Virus record (IMG/VR): IMGVR_UViG_3300025120_014869
Coordinates: 14,261 to 78,260 of that record
Reading direction: 5' to 3' (one strand)
Source of the DNA: a virus
Length of the DNA: 64,000 bases
Shown: positions 56,480 through 64,000 of the stretch, piece after piece
Layout of the letters: each line of letters starts with the position of its first letter
How positions within the stretch are numbered: the first letter of the stretch is position 1
The notes under the pieces: model-generated
Database searches by the model: none
Seen by the model: the letters and a program-made list of their open reading frames with translations, nothing else
Told to the model about the DNA's origin: nothing
Position numbers and translations under genes: made by a program

Positions 56480-58294
56480 ATGGCAGATAACACTGATTTT
56501 ACTTTAAGTAGAGATAGTTACACAACTTTTGATGCTTTAACCCTTAAACAATTAATCAAAAAAAGATTAAATGAAGGAGGTGTATTTACAGATCAAGCGT
56601 TTGAAGGTAGTAATATATCAGCTATTATAGATATTATTTCATATTCATACCATACTTTACTTTTTTATCTTAACAATACTGCTTCAGAATCTACTTTTAA
56701 TGAAGCTACTTTATATGAAAATATGAATAGAATAGTAAAGTTAATAGATTATAAACCTTCAGGTTTTCAAACATCTATTCTTTCATTTGAATCGGTGTCT
56801 AATGAAAAATTAATACCTAATTTATATACAATAAAAAGATATTCTTACTTTACTGTAAATGGTATAGATTATAGCTTTACAAATGACGTGTCGTTCAGCA
56901 AATCCTCTAATACAAGTGAAGTTTTATCTAACTTATCTGAAAATAATTTACTATATCAAGGTAAGTATTATGAATACCCAGAACAGCAAGCAGTAGGAGA
57001 GGATTTTGAAACTGTAACTTTAGTAGTTAAAGATAATATAACCGGTGAACCTATTTTTATAGATGAAAAATCTATAAATGTTTATGTTAGAGAATCTGAT
57101 AACGGTAGATATAGTTTTTATGAAGAAACAAATAATATGTTTCTTAAAGGTCCTGGTGATTTAAATTATGAAAAACGTATTAATGAGAACGGGTTTTATG
57201 AAATTAAATTCGGTAATGGAGTTTTTGGTAGAAGATTAAGAGATGGAGATGATATATTTATATATTATCTAAAATCAGACGGCGAATCAGGAGTAATTTC
57301 CCCTAATCAGTTAAACGGTAACCAATTAAACATATATAGCACACCTACTTTTGAAGATATAAGTGATGATATTTATGATAATGCTAATTTAACTTTTTTA
57401 TCTCCTCAAAATGCTCAACTTATATCCTTTTCTAATTTAAATGGTTCAACTACACCTAAACAACGTGAAGATGTAGATAGTATTAGAACTAATTCAAAAA
57501 AGATTTTTCAAAGTCAAAATAGATTAGTTACTATTGATGATTATGAATCATTTATTAATAAAAATTTCTCTAATATTTTAGATGATATTAAAGTAGTTAA
57601 TAACAAAACTTATATAAGTGATTATATAGATTATTTTTATAAATTAGGTCTTGATAAACCTAATGATGATCCTAGATTTCTTTTCAATCAGTTAAAATTT
57701 TCTTCACCATCAGATTCTAATAACGTTTACATATTTATGGTGCCAGCTATATCTAATGTTGATAGTGAAAATAATGTAAATTTTTTAACAACACCACAAA
57801 AAAATACTATAATAAATGCAATTAATACGCAGAAAATGGTAAATATAGAAATTATACCTCAAGATCCTATTTATAATGCATTTGGTATAGGTTTACGTGA
57901 AGAAAATGAACTATTAACAACTGAAATAATTGATGATACATATTTAGTAGCTAAAAGATCTCTTTCTAATAGAATAAGTGTTGATAGTATAAAGCAACAA
58001 ATAAACAATATTTTTATAAGTTACTTTAAAGATGCTAAATTAGGTTCAATTATAAGTCTTACTGAATTAAAAAATAAGATTTTATCTATAGACGGAGTAG
58101 TTGAATTATTTACTAGAAGAGTCAGCGGTGATAAAATTATAGAGACACCAAACTTGAGTTTACTTTCTTTCAATATTAATTATCCAGATATTGATATATC
58201 AGATATTACTTCAGATTTACAATTACCGTTTTTTAAATACCCGTTTTTGTATAATAATTCAATTTTAAATAATATTATTATAGAAGATGCCTAG
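56480..58294 (+). CDS. gp6: Baseplate wedge protein gp6
   Basis: FTDQAFEGSNISAIID, YEIKFGNGVFGR, YYLKSDG, EDVDSIR, QNRLVTIDDY. Confidence 0.88.
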   Translation: MADNTDFTLSRDSYTTFDALTLKQLIKKRLNEGGVFTDQAFEGSNISAIIDIISYSYHTLLFYLNNTASESTFNEATLYENMNRIVKLIDYKPSGFQTSILSFESVSNEKLIPNLYTIKRYSYFTVNGIDYSFTNDVSFSKSSNTSEVLSNLSENNLLYQGKYYEYPEQQAVGEDFETVTLVVKDNITGEPIFIDEKSINVYVRESDNGRYSFYEETNNMFLKGPGDLNYEKRINENGFYEIKFGNGVFGRRLRDGDDIFIYYLKSDGESGVISPNQLNGNQLNIYSTPTFEDISDDIYDNANLTFLSPQNAQLISFSNLNGSTTPKQREDVDSIRTNSKKIFQSQNRLVTIDDYESFINKNFSNILDDIKVVNNKTYISDYIDYFYKLGLDKPNDDPRFLFNQLKFSSPSDSNNVYIFMVPAISNVDSENNVNFLTTPQKNTIINAINTQKMVNIEIIPQDPIYNAFGIGLREENELLTTEIIDDTYLVAKRSLSNRISVDSIKQQINNIFISYFKDAKLGSIISLTELKNKILSIDGVVELFTRRVSGDKIIETPNLSLLSFNINYPDIDISDITSDLQLPFFKYPFLYNNSILNNIIIEDA

Positions 58295-59153
58295 TTTAAA
58301 CTATATTTTTAGTAACGATTATTCAAGACTTAATTCTGTTAATGCGTTATATAATATAACAAGTAGATTGACAAATGTACCTATTTTCCCTACCTTATCA
58401 GGTTCTGAAGGCCTATCAGCAAGAATACCGGGTAGTAGTAAATTAAATGCAAATGGAAAATTTATATATTCTGAATTTGATACTTTTACAGGCCCGTTAG
58501 GGGAGTTAAACTTTCAACCTAACTTTGAAAATACTGATAGTAGTATAAGTGATTCAAATTACTTTTTTGATTTCGGTGATGGCACTACAGGAACCGGTTT
58601 AAGTACTTTTCATATATATGATAGTCCTGGTCTTTATAATGTAACCTTTGTAGTTACTGATAGTGCAGGTAATTTTTTTAAAGGTGTACAAGAAAAATTA
58701 ATAAAGGTTATAGACCCATTACAAGATAGTTTATTTTTAACTTTTGATGGTCTAAGTACACAAAAATCTTCTATACCTGACAGAATTATAACCGTTACTA
58801 GATTTAATTCATTATATAGTAGTAGAATTTTATCTGCTAATGAGTATACAGTAAATTTATCAGTATCAGGGCATGCAAATACGTTTTATACTAATAATGA
58901 ATATTTTAATGATAATAATTTTCAGTATAAAAAAGGAAGTTATCTTATAAAAGATATAGGTGATAATTTTGAAGTTATAGATTCTATAAAAACTACATCT
59001 GATAATATATACGCTACATATACAGTACCTACTGTTGTATCAACTATATCAGCTTTATCAGTATTAAATCTTAATTTTACACCTAAAAATGTGGATAATT
59101 CAATTTTTATTGGGACATCAGGTAGAGCCACGTTTAGGTATTTCGAGGATTAG
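58287..59153 (+). CDS. PKD (Ig-like) domain structural protein
   Basis: YFFDFGDGT......HIYDSPGLYNVTFVVTD. Confidence 0.8.
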   Translation: MPSLNYIFSNDYSRLNSVNALYNITSRLTNVPIFPTLSGSEGLSARIPGSSKLNANGKFIYSEFDTFTGPLGELNFQPNFENTDSSISDSNYFFDFGDGTTGTGLSTFHIYDSPGLYNVTFVVTDSAGNFFKGVQEKLIKVIDPLQDSLFLTFDGLSTQKSSIPDRIITVTRFNSLYSSRILSANEYTVNLSVSGHANTFYTNNEYFNDNNFQYKKGSYLIKDIGDNFEVIDSIKTTSDNIYATYTVPTVVSTISALSVLNLNFTPKNVDNSIFIGTSGRATFRYFED

Positions 59154-59166
59154 ATAAATATTCATA

Positions 59167-60903
59167 ATGAACAACGACGTTGTAATATTTGCTAACTTTG
59201 ATACAAGTAATTATCAAGACCCTGAATCTAATTTTTTTAAAATAGATGATGAAAAACTTAATGTATTAAATAGCGTTTCAAATAATATCGTGTTAGGTAT
59301 AAGAGGGGAACCTATTCCTAGTAAATTATCTTTTAGTACAAATGGTATTGATGGTATAGGTAAAACTGATGATACGTTTAATATTGGTCCTATATACTAT
59401 ACAGGTCAAAAAGTTTATTTTACTATAAAATATAAAACGGATAATAATTTTAGTATAAATAACTACCCTAAACTTAGTCTAGGTAACGGTATTAACCAGA
59501 TTTCTTTATCATGTTTTCAAATACAAACTCTATCTAGTGTGCCTGTAGAAATTTATGTTGATGATATAACTTTTAATTCTAACGATACATTGTCAGCATT
59601 AAATGGAGGAGGTTATTTTAGAGGTTATTTCGTTTCAGATCAAGGTTTATCTAATTTAAAAATTAAAGGTGAATCTAATACTGGTACTGCTACTATTACA
59701 GGGGAAAGCGATGTTTTCGATCTTTACCCTACAAAAGGGTTTTATAAATATAGAAAAATAAATGAAGATAACGACCAAAAACAAAATTATAAAGATTTAA
59801 TTTTTCAAGATATATTAACTAATAAAGATAATTTTTTTAATAATTTTCTAGGTACGTCTGTTGGTGATCTAAGCGGTAATCTAGAAAATTTAGGTATTAA
59901 AATTTATGAAAAGATAAGTAACTTTGTTTCTAATACAAATGATATTAATTATTCTAATTTAAAAAACTTTGTAAGTCAATTAGAAAACTTAAATGTAGAT
60001 TTTGAAAGATTCAATATAGAATATCCGCCTAGTTTACAAAGATTAGTTGATAATTTAAGTATTAATTTATCTTTACAAAAAGGTTCAAAAAATAATTACA
60101 ATTTCGATTTTGATAAAAAAGGTTATGATAATAATCCTGATTTTGGTAAAAATTTAGGTAATAATATCCCAGTTTTGAATGGTATAGTTCAACCTTATAA
60201 GTATGGTATCGTAGCTTATGAAAAATTTAGTGAAAAATATAAAGTAATTAATACTAATTTGTTAAGTGCTTACGATATGCGTTTTAGAGATACTACTACT
60301 AAATCATTTCCTCTTAGTGATTATCAAGATGCATGGGGATGGGGTTTAATATTGCCTGATAATTTAGGTAAAAGAAATTTTATTCAATTAGAAGGTGATA
60401 TAAATACAACTAATAGCTTTTTACAAATTGAAAATGGATTGAATATTGGTTTATCAGCTAATAATCAACCTGGTTATTATAGGTTAACTAGTCAAACAAC
60501 TCAGGCTAAAAAGATAACTCTTGATAATCATTATAACTTTTATAGATATAATGATGATGTTATAGAAGGTTCACAATTGCAAAAATTTATTGATTATGAT
60601 AACGGTAATAATACAATGGGTAATTTAAATAGTTTCTTCAATTATAGTAAAAAAGGAGGAGTTATGGATGATTTAATCATTAATAATTTATTTAAAAATA
60701 CAGGTTTGGTAGAGGATGATCCTTACCCTACTGAATCTTCATTCGTACCGCATTATATGTATGATGATCTAGGTAATGAGTTTTATGCAGAAACTTATCA
60801 ACAGCATATTAAGTTTAAATCTTTAGGTTATCAACATTCTCCACCAGTAGGTACATCTGAAGATAGCGAAAGCGGTATAGATTACGGTGGAGGAGGATAT
60901 TAA
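59167..60903 (+). CDS. Baseplate-associated structural protein
   Basis: Late promoter; location after gp6; His-rich C-terminal module ending GGGGY. Confidence 0.6.
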   Translation: MNNDVVIFANFDTSNYQDPESNFFKIDDEKLNVLNSVSNNIVLGIRGEPIPSKLSFSTNGIDGIGKTDDTFNIGPIYYTGQKVYFTIKYKTDNNFSINNYPKLSLGNGINQISLSCFQIQTLSSVPVEIYVDDITFNSNDTLSALNGGGYFRGYFVSDQGLSNLKIKGESNTGTATITGESDVFDLYPTKGFYKYRKINEDNDQKQNYKDLIFQDILTNKDNFFNNFLGTSVGDLSGNLENLGIKIYEKISNFVSNTNDINYSNLKNFVSQLENLNVDFERFNIEYPPSLQRLVDNLSINLSLQKGSKNNYNFDFDKKGYDNNPDFGKNLGNNIPVLNGIVQPYKYGIVAYEKFSEKYKVINTNLLSAYDMRFRDTTTKSFPLSDYQDAWGWGLILPDNLGKRNFIQLEGDINTTNSFLQIENGLNIGLSANNQPGYYRLTSQTTQAKKITLDNHYNFYRYNDDVIEGSQLQKFIDYDNGNNTMGNLNSFFNYSKKGGVMDDLIINNLFKNTGLVEDDPYPTESSFVPHYMYDDLGNEFYAETYQQHIKFKSLGYQHSPPVGTSEDSESGIDYGGGGY

Positions 60904-60938
60904 CTTTAATAATCACTTTTTTATTATAAATAATCTTA

Positions 60939-63344
60939 ATGGGTGAGAGTTTTAATAGTTTTTCTGATTATACAATAGCTAATAGTGTAACTAATGACCT
61001 AAATGATGATAAATTAGATAGGAATAAACCGTTTTCATTCATTGAATTTTTAAACTACTCTAGAGTATTCGATGATGAAGCTGAAAATTTTAGAAAATAT
61101 GAAAGTTATATTAAAAGTTGGAATAATATTTCATACAATAATAATATAAACTTTGATAAAGATGTAAAAGATCAATACATTAATTTATTTAAAGAAATAT
61201 CATTAAAATATTCTACACCAGAAGAAAGAAGATATTTACAAACTATTAATTTTAATAATAATGAAAATTTAACTATTGCGATTCCCTTTTATTCTAAAAA
61301 AATTAGAGAAATATGCTTATACTTCAAGGAAAAAAGAGATACATTTCAAAAAGGTTTAAGAGAAGTTAAAGATAAAGGTTCTACATTAAGTGTAAAGAAT
61401 TTTGTAAAGGATAAAATTATAGATTTATTTCAAGGAGATGATAGTTCTATACCTGTATCTTCTACTTTAGCTTTAAGTGTGTTACAAGTTAATATAGAAG
61501 TAGAAATTGAAGAATCTTACGATACATTTAATGATTATTTTGATTTAGATCCAGATAAATTGTCAGATTTTTATGATAGTACTTTAAATAGAAAAAAATT
61601 CTTTACTTCAAATTCAAATAAAATTGAAGGTACTGATTTTATAGATTTAGATAAAAGTATAATAAGAATAATAAACGAAAAAAATATAAAACTAGAGGAA
61701 TTAGGAGACTTTAGTCCTATTATAAATGTAAATGATGTTGATGAAAGTTATTTAGAATCTACTGATTATATAGACTATAAAAAAGGGGATAGAGATAAAC
61801 TTAATTTCTTATTCGAAGCAGAATTAGTTAAAAAATTAATTGGTACTGATTATTACTTCTTATCGACAAATTCAGAAAATAAATTCTTATCAGGGGTATT
61901 ATTTGAAGGTAATAATAAAGTTAACAACTTACTTAATATAAACTATGCTTCTACATTAACAGTTCCAAGTACTAGTAATAAGTTTGAAAGAGAAGTAGGA
62001 GGTTTTTATAAACCTACTTCATTTTCAATATTAAAAATGAAAGGTGATTATACAACTTCATTAAAACAAGATTTATCAGCAAATACATTGTATGTATTTC
62101 CGGATATTAATAGTTTTGGTAATATTACTAATTTAAGTAAAGTTAAGAGAGACCATCCATTTGAATTTAATCTAAATAAAGATAGCGTTTTTAAAAATGA
62201 ATCTTCTTCAGTAAGTCAAAAAAATGTAAAAAGTGAATTTTTTGATAGTAATTTTTACTCATATAATACCTTTGAACAATTTAGAAATACAAATAATTTA
62301 TTAAGTACGTTCGATACACCTTATTCATTTAATCACAATTATGGAATTATTAATAAAGTAGAGATAGATATATACGGTAATAAATTCGTAGAATATCTAA
62401 CTGATACAAGTGATATACAACAATTAAAAAAGGACAGTATAGTATCTAATAAACAATCATTTGTAGGTTCAAACACTTTATCAACCTTTGATAGACCTAC
62501 TGATAAACTTTCATTCTTTGATAAGAAAATAGCTAATAAAAACGTATTTGTTCAAAATATATCTACAAATAGTTACTTACCTTTAAGTTCATCTTTCAAT
62601 AACTTGTTTGATAAATATACTGGTAATATTCAACTGCATCAAGAATTATTAAGTGCAGTGAGAAATATAAACATTTATGATGACGTGTTTACTATAGATA
62701 CTGATTCGTTTACTTTAATTGATTCATTTAAATATAACGGTAATTTTAATCAATCTACTGATATTCCTTTAACTGTACCTGTAGTATTGACAGATAACAC
62801 CTTTACTGGAGTTTCTAATGATATGGTAGTAGATAATAACATATACAAGGTAACTATTAATACTATACCTAATTCAAGACTTGCAAGTAACCCTGGTCTA
62901 TCAGGTATAAAGAATGATAACAATTACTTATTTTTCTATGAATTTTTTAGTTATGATCTTGATAAGAAAATTGAATTTCCTATTATTAATAGAAGGAAAA
63001 CAGCCTTAAATGTATTTACTTCTTTATTCAATCTATCAGCTTTAGATATAGTACCTAAAAGGTTAAGAAATTTATCATTGAATTATAGTTCTAAGTTAAA
63101 CGTGTTTAATTTAATAGCTCAGTATAATGATTTAAATGAAAATGTTTACCTACATAACGTTCTATATAAACTATTCAATAATAGATTAGAAATATTAGAT
63201 AATTCTATATTTAGACCAGAAAATTATTATAGGACTTACAGTTTTTTCACTTCATCATTTTCAGGTAGCGATGAAGGTTATTATTCAACATCTTTAAGCG
63301 GGAGAATTTTTCAAGACTTTGAAGAAGGTATATTATTTTTATAA
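60939..63344 (+). CDS. Large structural protein (baseplate region)
   Basis: TATAAATA-N6-ATG; 801-aa ORF; function not recognised. Confidence 0.65.
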   Translation: MGESFNSFSDYTIANSVTNDLNDDKLDRNKPFSFIEFLNYSRVFDDEAENFRKYESYIKSWNNISYNNNINFDKDVKDQYINLFKEISLKYSTPEERRYLQTINFNNNENLTIAIPFYSKKIREICLYFKEKRDTFQKGLREVKDKGSTLSVKNFVKDKIIDLFQGDDSSIPVSSTLALSVLQVNIEVEIEESYDTFNDYFDLDPDKLSDFYDSTLNRKKFFTSNSNKIEGTDFIDLDKSIIRIINEKNIKLEELGDFSPIINVNDVDESYLESTDYIDYKKGDRDKLNFLFEAELVKKLIGTDYYFLSTNSENKFLSGVLFEGNNKVNNLLNINYASTLTVPSTSNKFEREVGGFYKPTSFSILKMKGDYTTSLKQDLSANTLYVFPDINSFGNITNLSKVKRDHPFEFNLNKDSVFKNESSSVSQKNVKSEFFDSNFYSYNTFEQFRNTNNLLSTFDTPYSFNHNYGIINKVEIDIYGNKFVEYLTDTSDIQQLKKDSIVSNKQSFVGSNTLSTFDRPTDKLSFFDKKIANKNVFVQNISTNSYLPLSSSFNNLFDKYTGNIQLHQELLSAVRNINIYDDVFTIDTDSFTLIDSFKYNGNFNQSTDIPLTVPVVLTDNTFTGVSNDMVVDNNIYKVTINTIPNSRLASNPGLSGIKNDNNYLFFYEFFSYDLDKKIEFPIINRRKTALNVFTSLFNLSALDIVPKRLRNLSLNYSSKLNVFNLIAQYNDLNENVYLHNVLYKLFNNRLEILDNSIFRPENYYRTYSFFTSSFSGSDEGYYSTSLSGRIFQDFEEGILFL

Positions 63345-64000
63345 TGAAATTACAAACTAAAACAGTTACTTTATCTAATTATTACCCTACTTCAGGATTT
63401 AGAATTACTCTTGACTATGCTACTAATACTAAAATATTACCTATAGAAAGCGGTACTAAAGTAAATTTTGATCTATCTAATATAGTAAATGAAGACAACG
63501 GTAATGGTTTAGGAATTAAAAGAGCTGAATTTGATTATGGTGATGGTAATATAGATTACGTAAATGCTGATTTAATTTTTGATAATGATTTAGGTAAATA
63601 TACCTTTAAATTACCTAATACTGTATCACATAATTATGTGTTAGATTCTTTATCAGGTTTAAGTGATGGTAAATTATCATTTTTTTACAGAAATGGTAAT
63701 AAATTTGAATTTACTTTATCTACTTTTTTTACTTTAAAAAATAATATAGACATGAATTTTATTACAATGTCTAACAATTCATTTGTTGCTTTATCTGCAG
63801 ATACTTTAATTAGCATTATAGATGATAATAATACATATTTTAATTCTATTATATCAAATAGTGATAATCTTATCATTAGTGATCCGTTTAGATCAAATTT
63901 AATAGATAATGATGGTATTTGGATTGTTAAAGATACTGGTACTGATTTAGACCCAGTTTTAACTGATGATAAACAGAAAATTTATACTATTTTCTTTTAA
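63344..64000 (+). CDS. Structural protein with degenerate PKD-like motif
   Basis: FDYGDG...VSHNY; TAATG coupling. Confidence 0.55.
   Translation: MKLQTKTVTLSNYYPTSGFRITLDYATNTKILPIESGTKVNFDLSNIVNEDNGNGLGIKRAEFDYGDGNIDYVNADLIFDNDLGKYTFKLPNTVSHNYVLDSLSGLSDGKLSFFYRNGNKFEFTLSTFFTLKNNIDMNFITMSNNSFVALSADTLISIIDDNNTYFNSIISNSDNLIISDPFRSNLIDNDGIWIVKDTGTDLDPVLTDDKQKIYTIFF

Noticed and set aside
19411-63876. Other short overlapping ORFs in the track (e.g. 19411, 23968, 24105, 24161, 25080, 26233, 26486, 28332, 29191, 32153, 38677, 41433, 42293, 43063, 47043, 51254, 56035, 58940, 63685)
   Set aside because: Nested in or opposite conserved genes with no independent signals
1-64000. Stop-codon reassignment
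   Set aside because: Conserved genes are intact in the standard code and end at TAA, TAG and TGA
1-64000. tRNA genes, CRISPR array, large ncRNA
   Set aside because: Intergenic gaps are almost all under about 80 bp; no cloverleaf or repeat-spacer pattern seen by eye (tRNAscan/Infernal not run)

Overview
A 64-kb, very AT-rich segment of a large T4-like (contractile-tailed) bacteriophage genome; the host cannot be determined from the sequence. Layout: (1) 1-9.7 kb: 3' part of folE2, a pyrimidine-dimer glycosylase-like gene, and a mostly minus-strand array of late genes. Most carry T4-internal-protein-like N-terminal leaders (tiny basic proteins, a retropepsin-like protease, a ligase-fold/HxGH nucleotidyltransferase fusion, a PD-(D/E)xK nuclease); a histone-H1 (Hc1)-like ORF lies among them. 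(2) 9.7-35 kb: T4-type recombination/replication core (uvsY, uvsW, 55, 47, 46, 43, uvsX, 41, 32, 45, rnh, 61) interleaved with a putative DNA-modification toolkit (GT-B glycosyltransferase, divergent QueC, class II amidotransferase, GNAT, dGTP/dATP diphosphohydrolase, GT-A glycosyltransferase, two-enzyme NDP-rhamnose pathway, cytidylyltransferase). (3) 37-64 kb: neck, terminase, tail sheath/tube and baseplate genes with dut and gp44 inserted. Non-coding grammar is very regular: TAAATA or TATAAT sits 5-7 nt before most unit-initial start codons with no Shine-Dalgarno (predicted leaderless mRNAs), an AGGAAC-N5-TATAAT promoter motif recurs, and all eight convergent gene pairs overlap by exactly 4 bp in their stop codons. 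No tRNA, rRNA, CRISPR array, intron or intein was recognised. All protein calls come from motif recognition and synteny, not database searches.
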